Source of the DNA: an uncultured Verrucomicrobiae bacterium
GTDB lineage: Bacteria > Verrucomicrobiota > Verrucomicrobiia > Limisphaerales > Palsa-1400
DNA: 64,000 bases
Reading direction: 5' to 3'
NCBI GenBank assembly: GCA_963702845.1
Contig: OY969763.1
Coordinates: 1,088,001 to 1,152,000 of the forward strand
The position numbers and the translations under genes are program-made. Within the stretch, counting starts at the first letter, position 1; each line of letters starts with the position of its first letter. A model generated the notes under the pieces. It worked only from the letters and a program-made list of their open reading frames with translations, searched no databases and was not told where the DNA came from. Below, piece after piece: positions 22,112-32,784 of this stretch.

Positions 22112-22414
22112 GTGGCTGCTCCTCGAAAACGAACCATGTTAAGGACTGACTCGTTCTTATCAAACCGCCGATGCAACACAGAATATGTCAGCGTCCGATG
22201 GGCGGGTCGCGAAAACATGCATTTGATTCGTCCTAGTGGAGAAGTCGAATTCATTTGGTCCAAGCTAAAGAGCGTCAAACGCCCCGACCGCTGCGACGAA
22301 CGCGCTTTCTACATGAACCTTGCGATGAATTCACTGGCGAAGGACGGTTACCAAGTCGTCACGCTTTCCAACGACGACCTGATAATGAAACGCGGAGCGC
22401 ACAGAGGGCAGTGA
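22112..22414 (+). CDS. Hypothetical protein (start uncertain)
   Basis: The core EYVSVRWAGRENMHLIRP...DERAFYMNLAMNSLAKDGY looks protein-like. The 5' end may be frameshifted. Confidence 0.5.
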   Translation: MAAPRKRTMLRTDSFLSNRRCNTEYVSVRWAGRENMHLIRPSGEVEFIWSKLKSVKRPDRCDERAFYMNLAMNSLAKDGYQVVTLSNDDLIMKRGAHRGQ

Positions 22415-22597
22415 CTTGCCTGAAACGCGAAAAGCGGATTAAAACGTCACAGAACGAATCATGCTATGGTTTGACCCCTTCGATGATTTGACTCTTGCAC
22501 ACCTGTGTTGATCCGCGTCAACCGGTTGTAACTGTCAAGAACATTTCCACCACTTTGATTGTAGGTTGGCTCGGGTATTGCTGTATACAGCCCAAGA

Positions 22598-25500
22598 ATG
22601 GGATTCCAACCAAAGAGCAGAGGACTTTTCGCGTACCAAGTCCTACAAATTCTTCTTTTCTGCACTTTATCGGTGGCTGCTGCGAACACTCGTGTTGCGG
22701 TCGGTAGCTTTGGACTCGCGTCTGATAAGTCGGACGGCGATTTGGCCGATTTGATCGCTGTCAAACTTTCAACTGCGCCAGGAATCGAACTGGTCGATCG
22801 GCGCGAATTGAACAAAACCCTCAACGAAGTCACCCTAACCTTGGCGGGCCTTACGAAACCCAAAGATGCCGTGCGCATCGGAGCGTTGCTGCGTGCCGAT
22901 CAGTTCGTTTTAGGCACCACCGTTCCAATCAACGGCACGAACCATCACATTGTCAGGTTAGTAGATGCCCGGTCAGGTGCGATTCGCGCGATCAATGTCT
23001 TTCATGATGACCCATTGGAAACTCTGGCCGGAAACATCGCCACCTTTGTCACATCCGAACTGAAACACCCGGCACAAGAAAAGCGTGACTATCTCGCCAT
23101 TGGTGTCATTCAAAATCTTGGCGTCAATAATCGCTTCAGTGATTTTCCCGCACAGATGCGAGGCAGCGTCGCGGCGAATCTCAGCGGAAAAGTAACCGTC
23201 CTGGAACGTGACGTCGTTTCTTTTTTGGCCAATGAAGTGCGAATGAACCTCGCTGGTCTGACCGAATCTGCTGGCGGCACGAATTCACAAATCCGATCCG
23301 CATTTTGGATCGTGGACGGGTTTTACCAATCTTACGAAGTCGCCAAGCCAGAGCTACAACTGAAACTTCGGGTCGAGCGGCTCGACGGGGGCTCACAAAC
23401 TATCATACTCCAAAGCGAACCCAACGAACAGTTCTTCGCCAAAATCTCGCAAACGATCGAAGCCGCGTTAAAGCCCGGTGACACAAACGCACCCACCAGA
23501 CAGAGTCAACACGCAACGGTAGAAGCGCGCCGTTGGCAACTCATAGATTACCGGCCGAGCAAGGAAACTTTGGGTGCCAGTGATGAGCTTCGGACCGTGA
23601 ACATGCGTTTTGCGATCGGCAGCTTTGGCTCGGCTTCTGAAAAGGCGGACAGCGATTTGGCTGATTTGATAACTGGTAAACTTTGCGCACCAGGATTCCA
23701 TCTGGCAGAGCCGCGCGAATTTAAAAAAACCGGTGGCGAAACCAACCTAACCATAGCAGACCTTGCCAACCCCAAAAATGTCATCCGTGTCGGAGCATTG
23801 CTTGGAGCCAACCAGTTGGTTTTAGGCACCACCGTTTCAATCAACCGAACAAATCATGTTATCGTAAAACTAGTAGATGCCCGGTCGGGTTCAATTCGCG
23901 CGATCAATGTCTTTCATGACAATACGTTGGAGGCGCTGGCATGGAACATCGCCAGCTTTGTCACTGCCAACCTGAAATGGCCTGCTCAAGATAAACATGA
24001 CTTCCTCGCCCTTGGCGTTATTCGAAATGATGGCGGCAGTGATTGCTACGCCGATTTTCCAGAACAAATACGAGGCAGCATCGCTACAAACCTCAGCGGA
24101 AACGTCACCGTGGTGGAACGTGACATTCTTCCTTTTTTGGCCGATGAAATGCAAACGAACCTGGCCGGCCTGACCGAATCTGCGGGACCCGCCAATTCGG
24201 GACACCAATTCGGATTCTGGATTATGGATGGTTCTTACGGATGCTTCAAAGGACGAGTTCTAACACGAGCAGGCGACCTAGTCGTCAAATCTATACTGAC
24301 TACGGATTTTCACGTTGCATGCATCGGAGGCCAGCCGCGAAGTTTCACGCTTCTGGGCGAACCCGATGAACAGTTCTTCGCGGACCTCTCGCAGCGGATC
24401 GAAACCACATTAAAACAGCCGCCATTAGTCGGCAGAGAGGGTGAAATCGGAGCGCTGGAAGAGCGCGGGAGGCAACTAATAGATTATAGACCGCTTCCGG
24501 ACAGTTTAATTCAGCAGATTGTCGTTCGCAGCTCGCTCAATCCAGCCCAGGCTACGAATACTCTTGATGAAGCCATAAGGGTGTATGAGTCAATTCTTCT
24601 GATCGATCCCGACAATGTTGCGGCCAAAATGCGTTTGGCGGGATGCTTGCTCTACAAGCTGGGGAGCCGAACAACCGGTCAGGTTTGGCCGGCTGATGTC
24701 GTGGCCCGTGTTACTGACTTATACAAAGAAGTCAGCTCCAGCGGGTCGTCGAAAGATAGTGTCGACGCAAAAGTCTGCCTCGCTTCCCTCGAGGATGGAA
24801 TGGAGGGCTTGAGAATGTTACGTCGATTCGCCCGTGAAACAGACGATCCGAACGCGAAGAAGACTCTGCGCTCCTACGTCTACATGTTCACAACGCGCAT
24901 AAGCGTGCCGTCCGAAGAAGTCCTTCCGGACCTGCGCGACGTAATTTTCGATGATCTCGAAGAGGTGGAGAAACGAACAAATCAAGCGTTCATTGTCAGT
25001 TTTGAGTGGCGGTTGGGCGGTTTCATGTACGTTGACGGCAGCAAAGCCTTTGATGTCATTCTCCCAGAACTTCTGGAAAAATTCCCGAAGCTCAAACCTC
25101 AAATCTTACTCGCTGCAGTTTGTGAAGAAACTGACACGAACTCGCCGGTGATCCCGAAATTTTTGGAGTCACTCAAACAATCCGAGGAGCATCCCGAAAC
25201 AGTGCCGCAACCCACCAGCTATTTCACTCACCTCAGCACAACCTTGGAAGACGAGAAAGCGGCGCGTTCGCACCGGTTTTACGACAGGGGGTACGAACGA
25301 ACCTTCGAGCACGGTCAATATTCGGCAGTCGTGGCGATGGCGCTGGCGCGCCAGCGAGCTTCCGAAAAAGGGCTCGCACCTCCGCTCACTGACCACGGCA
25401 AAGAACTTCTGGCAGATGCTTATCGTTTCCTTGGCCAATGGCAAAAGGCGCTCGATATCTATACCACACTTACGAACCTACCGCCGAAAGTACAAAATGA

Positions 25501-26872
25501 GTGTCGCAAACACCTCCAACTTCCTTTCGTTTCAGAAGCGGTTCCGGGCTGGGAAACGGACATCAACAAAGTCGAAATTGCTTATACCAACATGGAACAT
25601 AAGGAGTGGCTAAGTGCGGCTGCAATCCTGGACTCAATAGGGCATCGAACGGTTGTAATGAATCGTCCTGGACCATGGGGGTGGAACCGTCTGGTGCTGC
25701 CAGCGGTTGTCGCAAACGAATGCCGTATTCGAGCTGGAAAACCGCCGGTAAAAGATCCGATGATCTTTGAATTGGGCGACATCCCTTACATCGGCTTCAG
25801 TCGCGATGCGATCCATTTCGACTTCCAAATCGAGGGCGAAGATGTCTGGGTCGGGATTTACAAGCGAATCGAACGATTTAGTGGCCCCGGGCCTATCGAC
25901 GCCTTCAAGCCGATCGAGATGCATGACTTTCAGCGCATGGTCAAAAGTAGATCTACCGGCCTGTGCGTCACGCCTCAGTTTATCTGGTTGGGAACTGACG
26001 GGGAGGGATTGTTCGAATTGGATCGGAAGACCGGTTCCGCTCGTCACTTCACTATGAAAGACGGCCTGTTGCTCGACGGCATTTCCGGTCTTTGTTTGCA
26101 GGATAAAACCTTGTGGATTGCTTACCGGAAAATTGACAGCGGAGGCGTCGGCACACTGGATTTACAGACGCACAAGTTTTCGGCGCGGACTCCAAACCTG
26201 AATCCCAACGCCGGGAAACATTCTGAACCTTCGTATAACCAAGGGCCTATGGTACGATCGGACCAGCCGTCCCAGAAGCCCGTTGCAGGTATGGCAGCCG
26301 GTGCCCAAGGAGAGATGTGGTTTGGCGTCAGTCAAACAGGGATACAGTGTTATCATGATGGTGAGGGGCGCTGGACAACTTTTTCAGATTTCCCATTTAA
26401 CTTCGATTGTTCGAGCATCGCTGCTGACACCGCGCACGATCAATTACTGATTGGTTCGCACGATTCCTTTATCTCGGAAAACGAAAAATCGGATCAGGGT
26501 GGATTGTCTATTTACAATTACCGTGAAAACAGAAATGACTTGTTTCAAATTGCGCAAGGCCTGCCGGCCAACGAAACAACAGCAGTCGCGGTTGACGGGA
26601 ACATAGCGTGGGTGGGAGGCCGGGGATTCGTAGCCGTGGTTGATATAGCCAAGCGAAAGGTATTACGCATCGCCTATCTCTCAGCCAATAACATCAAGAA
26701 AATTGAGTTAGGGAAACGGTACGCGTGGGTACAGGTCTACACCAACCCTAATTTGGCGTGGCAACAGTCATACACCACCTCCGAGTTTGGTTTTGATCAT
26801 CATATATTTGACGATGGCGGGGAAGCCCAGACGGGCATTTACCGTCTTGAACGTGCGCCCATTGAGCGATGA
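22598..26872 (+). CDS. Large secreted protein with duplicated CsgG/HfaB-like (TolB_N-like) modules, a helical middle and a C-terminal beta-propeller
   Basis: Signal peptide and IELVDRRELNKTLNE...IGALLRAD (CsgG-like), repeated about 300 aa later. The C-terminus has IWLGTDGEGL, FTMKDGL and QGLPANE (sensor-type propeller repeats). Confidence 0.7.
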   Translation: MGFQPKSRGLFAYQVLQILLFCTLSVAAANTRVAVGSFGLASDKSDGDLADLIAVKLSTAPGIELVDRRELNKTLNEVTLTLAGLTKPKDAVRIGALLRADQFVLGTTVPINGTNHHIVRLVDARSGAIRAINVFHDDPLETLAGNIATFVTSELKHPAQEKRDYLAIGVIQNLGVNNRFSDFPAQMRGSVAANLSGKVTVLERDVVSFLANEVRMNLAGLTESAGGTNSQIRSAFWIVDGFYQSYEVAKPELQLKLRVERLDGGSQTIILQSEPNEQFFAKISQTIEAALKPGDTNAPTRQSQHATVEARRWQLIDYRPSKETLGASDELRTVNMRFAIGSFGSASEKADSDLADLITGKLCAPGFHLAEPREFKKTGGETNLTIADLANPKNVIRVGALLGANQLVLGTTVSINRTNHVIVKLVDARSGSIRAINVFHDNTLEALAWNIASFVTANLKWPAQDKHDFLALGVIRNDGGSDCYADFPEQIRGSIATNLSGNVTVVERDILPFLADEMQTNLAGLTESAGPANSGHQFGFWIMDGSYGCFKGRVLTRAGDLVVKSILTTDFHVACIGGQPRSFTLLGEPDEQFFADLSQRIETTLKQPPLVGREGEIGALEERGRQLIDYRPLPDSLIQQIVVRSSLNPAQATNTLDEAIRVYESILLIDPDNVAAKMRLAGCLLYKLGSRTTGQVWPADVVARVTDLYKEVSSSGSSKDSVDAKVCLASLEDGMEGLRMLRRFARETDDPNAKKTLRSYVYMFTTRISVPSEEVLPDLRDVIFDDLEEVEKRTNQAFIVSFEWRLGGFMYVDGSKAFDVILPELLEKFPKLKPQILLAAVCEETDTNSPVIPKFLESLKQSEEHPETVPQPTSYFTHLSTTLEDEKAARSHRFYDRGYERTFEHGQYSAVVAMALARQRASEKGLAPPLTDHGKELLADAYRFLGQWQKALDIYTTLTNLPPKVQNECRKHLQLPFVSEAVPGWETDINKVEIAYTNMEHKEWLSAAAILDSIGHRTVVMNRPGPWGWNRLVLPAVVANECRIRAGKPPVKDPMIFELGDIPYIGFSRDAIHFDFQIEGEDVWVGIYKRIERFSGPGPIDAFKPIEMHDFQRMVKSRSTGLCVTPQFIWLGTDGEGLFELDRKTGSARHFTMKDGLLLDGISGLCLQDKTLWIAYRKIDSGGVGTLDLQTHKFSARTPNLNPNAGKHSEPSYNQGPMVRSDQPSQKPVAGMAAGAQGEMWFGVSQTGIQCYHDGEGRWTTFSDFPFNFDCSSIAADTAHDQLLIGSHDSFISENEKSDQGGLSIYNYRENRNDLFQIAQGLPANETTAVAVDGNIAWVGGRGFVAVVDIAKRKVLRIAYLSANNIKKIELGKRYAWVQVYTNPNLAWQQSYTTSEFGFDHHIFDDGGEAQTGIYRLERAPIER

Positions 26873-27744
26873 ACACACAACCAATATTAAAGTTTGTCGC
26901 GCCATCTGCTGTCTATAGAACTTGCTGCGTTCTGATAGCGATACTGCTCAGCAGCAGCTCCGGCCTTGCAGAAATCAGAATCTCTCCTTTCAAAGCTGCT
27001 CCGCTGTTTGCATTTCCAGGAGGAGACACGATCGAGGTCGTTCTCAGCACTTCAGCGAGTAATTCGTTTGAAGGCAACGTTCAGATACGAGTATATCAAT
27101 GCAGTTCCGCCACGATCATGCCGATCGGCCCCCTCAAAGCTTGGAAAAAAATCGAGCTGCCATCCGGCCAAAGGACAATTGAAACCGTCGCCATTGATTA
27201 TCCTTCTGTTTCTAGCGAAACGATCTTCCAGGTTCATTTTTTCGACGACGCGAAGACGGTGGTCGGGAGGATAACGGTACATGTCTTACCACGTGATTTG
27301 TTGAAGCAACTATCGACGCTGTGCGGTAAAAATCCGGTCGGAATTTACGATCCCGAAAACCAGCTCAAACCGATGCTGGGCAAACTGGAGGTGGAATTTG
27401 AGGATTTAGAGGACGATGCCCGCTTTGACTCGTTTCACGGGAACCTGTTGCTTGCTGGCCCATTTTCGTCATCCGAAAAAATAAGCGACAATTTGAGAGG
27501 TCGTATTTCCACGAAGGCTAAAGAATCTTGTTCGGTCGTCTGGATGTTGCCACCTCAGTTGCAGGTGCCATTCGACTCAGTTTTTGTGCTTAAAGCAAAC
27601 GGGTCAGAAGTGGTCTTGCATGATACGGCTTTTAAAGATTTGGCCCACTCGGCCTCTGCGCAGTTCACCCTGCTCCGCTCTGCCCAACTCGCTCTCGATC
27701 CAGATAAGCTCTCTTTGTCACATAATCGATCCACTCCCAAATAA
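26869..27744 (+). CDS. Hypothetical secreted protein
   Basis: ATG overlaps the upstream stop (ATGA). It has a signal-like N-terminus and sits in an apparent operon with the CsgG-like genes. Confidence 0.7.
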   Translation: MNTQPILKFVAPSAVYRTCCVLIAILLSSSSGLAEIRISPFKAAPLFAFPGGDTIEVVLSTSASNSFEGNVQIRVYQCSSATIMPIGPLKAWKKIELPSGQRTIETVAIDYPSVSSETIFQVHFFDDAKTVVGRITVHVLPRDLLKQLSTLCGKNPVGIYDPENQLKPMLGKLEVEFEDLEDDARFDSFHGNLLLAGPFSSSEKISDNLRGRISTKAKESCSVVWMLPPQLQVPFDSVFVLKANGSEVVLHDTAFKDLAHSASAQFTLLRSAQLALDPDKLSLSHNRSTPK

Positions 27745-27745
27745 T

Positions 27746-28669
27746 ATGAAAAAAGTCATCATGCTCATTTCGGCAGTCTTCACGTTGGCCTGCCACAACT
27801 TGTTTGCCAGCGACCAAATTCTCACTGTCGCAGTTTTCGATTTCGATTCGAAGGACGAATCAGTGCGCGACCTGGGCCCAAAGGTAGCGACGTTGCTCAA
27901 TGCCAATCTTTCAGCGGACGCTGGTATCATCACAGTGGAACGGGCCGAACTCGAAAAAGTTTTGGGCGAACAGGAATTTGGATTGTCTGGCACCGTTTCT
28001 CCCCAAACAGCAGCGAAGGTGGGAAATCTAACCGGATGCAAGGTCTTGATCACTGGCCGCGTGTTTAAAATCGAAAAAGAACTAACCATTGTTGCAAAAA
28101 TTATCAGCGCGGAAACCAGCCGTGTGTACGGAGAAATTGTAAAAAGCCCGTCCGCAAGCATTTCGGATTTATCGACTGAACTCGCAACGAAAATTGCTAA
28201 AACGGTCAAGCAGAAAGCGGATACGCTAATAACCAAATCCCAAACCCGAGAGGAACGAATCGATAATCTCATCAAATCTCTAAAAGCCGGCAAACGACCA
28301 ACCGTGTCTGTCAAAATTGCCGAACGACACTTCGGTCAACCGGTTATCGACCCCGCTGCGGAGACGGAAGTAGGCGTAATCTTGCAAAAGGCTGGTTTTT
28401 CAGTGGTAGACGAAAACTCTGCAACAAAGCCAGACTTAGAGATTACCGGTGAAGCTTTCAGCGCCTATGGGGTTAGAAAAGGCAATTTGATTTCTTGCAA
28501 AGCTCGCGTAGAACTCAAAATCCAGCGGAAAAATCCGAGCGAAGTAATCATGGTCGATCGTCAAACCTCCGTTGCAGTTGATATTACAGAACAAACGGCG
28601 GCCAAAACCGCGTTACAAAATGCTGTTTGTGAAGCTGCCGAACGTTTTCTTCCTGCGTTATTAAAGTAG
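27746..28669 (+). CDS. CsgG/HfaB family (curli assembly-like) protein
   Basis: Signal MKKVIMLISAVF, then VAVFDF, VERAELEKVLGEQEFGLSG, AAKVGNLTGCKVLITG. Confidence 0.8.
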   Translation: MKKVIMLISAVFTLACHNLFASDQILTVAVFDFDSKDESVRDLGPKVATLLNANLSADAGIITVERAELEKVLGEQEFGLSGTVSPQTAAKVGNLTGCKVLITGRVFKIEKELTIVAKIISAETSRVYGEIVKSPSASISDLSTELATKIAKTVKQKADTLITKSQTREERIDNLIKSLKAGKRPTVSVKIAERHFGQPVIDPAAETEVGVILQKAGFSVVDENSATKPDLEITGEAFSAYGVRKGNLISCKARVELKIQRKNPSEVIMVDRQTSVAVDITEQTAAKTALQNAVCEAAERFLPALLK

Positions 28670-28750
28670 TGGAAATTCTTCCCGCGAATTTCGGTTCTAT
28701 TGACGATCGTGGCTCGCGGTTCGCAAGATCGATCGTCAGATAAATAAACC

Positions 28751-28988
28751 ATGAAAGGCGCGACTTTGTAAAAACGCCGTTTGTTTCTGCGGCAGCGGCG
28801 CGTTCAATTCAAGTTCTGCGGCTGCCGAACCTGCATCGGTCACCCACAAGTTTTATGAATTGCGACTCTACCATCTCCGCGGGGACGCGATGCAAAAGCG
28901 GTTTGACGAATTTCTAGCGAGGGAAACAAAGCTGAGGCCGGAACTGGTGTCGTATGCTTTTGCTGCAAAAAATGGGAATGCGCTTTGA
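28751..28988 (+). pseudogene. Degraded 5' remnant resembling a Tat-exported NIPSNAP-family gene
   Basis: Reading across two frameshifts gives MK(R)RDFVK...AAAEPASVTHKFYELRLYHLR...QKRFDEF, after which the resemblance is lost. Confidence 0.4.
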
Positions 28989-29236
28989 TGGTTTACACCG
29001 TTGAACGGCGTCAGCGGCGAGAATTAATTGGGAACGCGACCGCCGCGCCTCCCCCCTTTAAAGAAATTGGGACCAGTAACCCAGGGTTCCGGCGCAAATC
29101 ACCAGGCCCGCGCCTAACAAGTGAACAAATTATACGAGGACGCTTCGCATGGCCCTAGGCTACGATCATTTCATCACTTTGGGATTTCGGAGTGGTTGCG
29201 CGAGTTTTGTTGGTTGCGGGACTGACATTTCGGGGT

Positions 29237-29923
29237 TCAATCTGCGGTCCATTTGTAATCGTAACCGGCAGGCGGGTTGTAACGCCACGCTTCTTGATGG
29301 CCTGTGACGGCGTTGTTTGTGTCCCAATACATTTTGATGTAATCGGCGTGGCCGTCTATGAAGCTGACCATGTCGCGCGCATTGTTATAATGTGACTGGC
29401 CTTCGAACTGATGCCATGAATAGGGAAGAAATGCGGCAAATTCTATAATCAATAATGTCTTGGTGGGGTTTCGGATTGCGCTCAATTTCATTCCTGCGAC
29501 TCCGGCAAAGTTGGTGTTGTAATTGCCGGCGTTGAGCGCGTAGCTGGAATAACTATACATCGCCTGGGCGTGAAGGCTGTCGGAGAAACGGTCGTCGTAG
29601 GTGTAATAAAATGTATCGGCCGGACACGCGAACAGGCGGTCTCGCGGCGACGGCGCAGCGGCTAACCCGGCGTAGCTCCTGACCGGTTTGAGTTCTTCGA
29701 TCCCGATGCTGGTCGCGTTGTGTTTTTCGTTCCGCGCTAATGTATTCTGGTGGTCGTCTGCGTATAAATGTGTGGCGAGGTTGATTTGTTTGAGGTTGTT
29801 CAGACAGGTGGTGCGTTTTCCACGGGTTGTCGCTGTATTCAACGCGGGCAACAGGAGCGCTGCCAGTATTGCGATTATCGCCAGCACGACCATGAGTTCA
29901 ATTATTGTAAACGCTCGCTTCAT
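29237..29923 (-). CDS. Prepilin-type N-terminal cleavage/methylation domain protein (DUF1559-like, H-X9-DG-type C-terminus)
   Basis: [33 protein letters not shown]-terminal SFIDGHA. Confidence 0.88.
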   Translation of the reverse strand: MKRAFTIIELMVVLAIIAILAALLLPALNTATTRGKRTTCLNNLKQINLATHLYADDHQNTLARNEKHNATSIGIEELKPVRSYAGLAAAPSPRDRLFACPADTFYYTYDDRFSDSLHAQAMYSYSSYALNAGNYNTNFAGVAGMKLSAIRNPTKTLLIIEFAAFLPYSWHQFEGQSHYNNARDMVSFIDGHADYIKMYWDTNNAVTGHQEAWRYNPPAGYDYKWTAD

Positions 29924-30176
29924 CCGATTGCACTCTGACGTCTTATCCTTTCGCGCTCCTCAACATTAAATAGACGTTCGCCGTCGATGGATTTGTGTAT
30001 GCGACTCGGTCCTCGCACGCAATATCCCTGTAGTTCTAATGAGTAACCACAGAAGATCGAATGGGCATCTCCTGCATAGCCTGACGGTCGGTCACGCGTT
30101 ATTCCTCTCTTCCACAAGACGCGGCTTGCGCAAGGTTTGGTGAATCAGTGTTGTGAATGAAATCGAAAGGGGTGTT

Positions 30177-30629
30177 ATGAAGGAAATGGATCGTGTCCGG
30201 GCACATACAGCGGATCATGTGAATGAGCGCATTGATTCGGAAATTGAAGAGCGAGTGAAGATTTTTGCAACGCAATCGGCTGACCGAATTTCGCAGCGGA
30301 TCGAGGAATTGGACGCGGAATGGTCGATGGAGCGGTTGCTGGAGAGGAATGCATCGACGCTTGCTATGGCGGGCGTTGTTTTGGGCGCGACCGTGAACAA
30401 GAAATGGTTGTGGCTGACCGGTGGAGTTTTGGGGTTCTTGTTCCTGCACGCCGTGCAAGGGTGGTGTCCGCCTGTTCCGATTATGAGACGTATGGGGATC
30501 CGCACGCGCGGTGAAATCGACCGGGAGAAGTATGCGTTGAAAATATTGCGCGGTGACCTCGATGAAGTAACTGAACATTCCAGGGCAAAAGCAGCGCCGA
30601 GCCGGTTGGTGGCGGCGTTGCAGGTGTAG
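30177..30629 (+). CDS. DUF2892-like membrane protein
   Basis: EWSMERLL, two TM segments, HAVQGWCPP. AAGGGG lies upstream of ATG 30177. Confidence 0.75.
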   Translation: MKEMDRVRAHTADHVNERIDSEIEERVKIFATQSADRISQRIEELDAEWSMERLLERNASTLAMAGVVLGATVNKKWLWLTGGVLGFLFLHAVQGWCPPVPIMRRMGIRTRGEIDREKYALKILRGDLDEVTEHSRAKAAPSRLVAALQV

Positions 30630-30699
30630 TTGAGGGTTTGGGAGAGCTTCGCGGATAACGCGTGCTGTTCCGGTCCCAGTAATTCTAGCGGTTTGCTCT

Positions 30700-31128
30700 T
30701 TACGGGATAACGGGAACGAGACCGTGTTTGAGCATGACTGCTTTCATTTTTTCAACGTCGGGAGGACCGCCGGCATTGACGATCGCTGCCATGTCTTTGA
30801 AGAAATTGGAACCGAGGAGGGCAGGGGTGACAACGGCCAGAGCTTTGGCCTGGGTTTGTTTCTGATTGGTGAAACCGTGAACTGCGCCGCGCGGAATGAA
30901 ACAGGATTGGCCAGGGCCGATTTCGACGGGCTTGCCTTCGACGGTAAAGGTCATTACGCCTTCGAGCCCGTAGATGGTCTCATCGTATTCCTTGTGATAG
31001 TGCGGCACAGGCATCTTTGCGGCGGCAGGCACTATGAATTCAAACATGGCTAGAGAACCATTCGTGTCGACGGCTTCGAGTAGGAAGCGGATACTGATTT
31101 GTCCTACGCGGATGGTTTCGTTTTTCAT
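30700..31128 (-). CDS. Cupin domain protein
   Basis: PHYHKEYDETIYGLEG and FIPRGAVHGF cupin motifs. Confidence 0.9.
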   Translation of the reverse strand: MKNETIRVGQISIRFLLEAVDTNGSLAMFEFIVPAAAKMPVPHYHKEYDETIYGLEGVMTFTVEGKPVEIGPGQSCFIPRGAVHGFTNQKQTQAKALAVVTPALLGSNFFKDMAAIVNAGGPPDVEKMKAVMLKHGLVPVIP

Positions 31129-31140
31129 GTTGGTAGCGGT

Positions 31141-31797
31141 TTAGGGCAGCTCGCGGATACGGATGTCTTTGAAATAGTAGACGCTTGTCGGATCGTGACC
31201 TTGCAATGCAATGGCGCCGCCGGCGGGGTTCCATTTCCGGCCGGGAAGGGACTGCGGCGGTCGGGCGGGTGTTGGTTCGGTGTAGTCAACAACTACACGA
31301 TTATCGACAGAGATGACGATGTGTTTGTTCTGGGCCCGGATATTCATTTTGAACCACTTGGTTTCATCTACGGGCGATTGGTGCAGGTCTTTGACCATAT
31401 AGAGACTGCCTGTCTTGCGGTCGTCACGAGCCTGGTTATTTAATTGGGCTTCGAAGCCTTTGGCCAAATGGTTTTTTGCGTTTTTCACCGAGTAATCTGT
31501 GTGGAAGAAAATGCCAGAATTGGCAATGCCGTCACAGCGTGTCGTCACTTCCAATTCAAAATTCGTGAAGGGCACAAATGTACCTTTGTCACCAGACCCA
31601 ATGAAAAAGAGGTGCGATGATTCGTGCGTTGCGTTGACGCGAATTGTGCCGTTGGTGACGGACCATGATTCGGGGTAGACGTTTGCCTTCCATCCGGTCA
31701 GATCCTTGCCATTGAACAGACTTTTCCACTCAGCGGCGCACAGCGTGTTGTGTGAGAGGACCAGTATGGACGCGACCAGAAGGGCGAGAGTTCGCAT
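31141..31797 (-). CDS. DUF1080 (3-keto-disaccharide hydrolase-like) secreted protein
   Basis: WKSLFNGKDLTGW, ANSGIFF, KTGSLY, GAIALQGHD, FKDIRIREL. Confidence 0.9.
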   Translation of the reverse strand: MRTLALLVASILVLSHNTLCAAEWKSLFNGKDLTGWKANVYPESWSVTNGTIRVNATHESSHLFFIGSGDKGTFVPFTNFELEVTTRCDGIANSGIFFHTDYSVKNAKNHLAKGFEAQLNNQARDDRKTGSLYMVKDLHQSPVDETKWFKMNIRAQNKHIVISVDNRVVVDYTEPTPARPPQSLPGRKWNPAGGAIALQGHDPTSVYYFKDIRIRELP

Positions 31798-31896
31798 AGA
31801 TTTGAAAGAAGCTAACGAGAGCTTGAGATGGATAGCAATGCAAAGCGAATGTGGATTCACGTGCGAATTTCGCATTGGGGCTCAGAATGGCGTTTC

Positions 31897-32784
31897 CTAT
31901 CCGGCCATGGCGTCGATGGAGTTCATGCGGCGGAGTTCCAGTTCTTCGTAGCGACGCTGGATTGTGGGAAGTTGGAACACGATAGAGGCGAGGATGAGGC
32001 CAAAGAGGAGCATGGGGAGCCAGACCGGATATGGTTGTCTCCAAAGGAGTGCCAGGAATCCTGCGATGATTAGTAACACTCCGATAATGGCTATAGCACG
32101 GAGACCGACGATGACGAATGTTCGGGCCCGGCCGGTTTTGGCGAGCCATCCCAATAATGCGCCGAAGCAACCGACGAGCGGTCCGCCAATGACTCCGATC
32201 CAGCGCCAGGTGTCCTCGCCCCACCAGCCGCGTTTTACGATGGCGCCCAGTTGGTTGGGCTCGAACACGACGAGTTTCAGTGGACCCACATACACGTTCC
32301 CTTTGCCGGGCAAAACGATGTTTAATTCCAATCGTGTGGGAGCGCCACTGGCGCCATCGCTATTGAAGGGCACGGTAAATTTGCGCCAGTCGGAAGTTCC
32401 GTTGATTCTGCCCAGTTCGCCGAATTGAGCCATGGTGCGGCTGAAGAATTTTCCTTCGGGCATGCCGGGTTTTAAGGGTGGGAAATAGTTCCACATTTCG
32501 AGAAAGCCGTCGCCGCTTACGTTTTCGTATTTTATCTGGCCGGTAATGGCGTAGAGCTTTTTGGAAATTGGAGGGTTGGTGATTGTGAGCAAGCGCGTTT
32601 CGAGGCCGGCGTCGGTGGCGGCGATTTGTAGAATTGATTTGCCGTCGGTGGTAACAACGCCGCCGCTAAAGGCGCCGGTGCCGGATTGCTGCATGACTTT
32701 CCAATCGAGGTTAGCGACGGTTTCCTGGGCGGAGGCGGCAATGGCGAGGGTGAGCATGCCGGCTAAAGCTAAGTGAGTTTTCAT
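31897..32784 (-). CDS. Hypothetical membrane protein (exported beta-sandwich plus 3 C-terminal TM helices)
   Basis: Signal peptide, GTSDWRKF CBM-like segment, three TM helices, RRYEELELRRM tail. Confidence 0.75.
   Translation of the reverse strand: MKTHLALAGMLTLAIAASAQETVANLDWKVMQQSGTGAFSGGVVTTDGKSILQIAATDAGLETRLLTITNPPISKKLYAITGQIKYENVSGDGFLEMWNYFPPLKPGMPEGKFFSRTMAQFGELGRINGTSDWRKFTVPFNSDGASGAPTRLELNIVLPGKGNVYVGPLKLVVFEPNQLGAIVKRGWWGEDTWRWIGVIGGPLVGCFGALLGWLAKTGRARTFVIVGLRAIAIIGVLLIIAGFLALLWRQPYPVWLPMLLFGLILASIVFQLPTIQRRYEELELRRMNSIDAMAG

Noticed and set aside
29075..29190. Degenerate ACCCAGGG...CCCTAGGCT palindromic element
   Set aside because: It is a single degenerate copy in this window and cannot be supported as a repeat family from this sequence alone.
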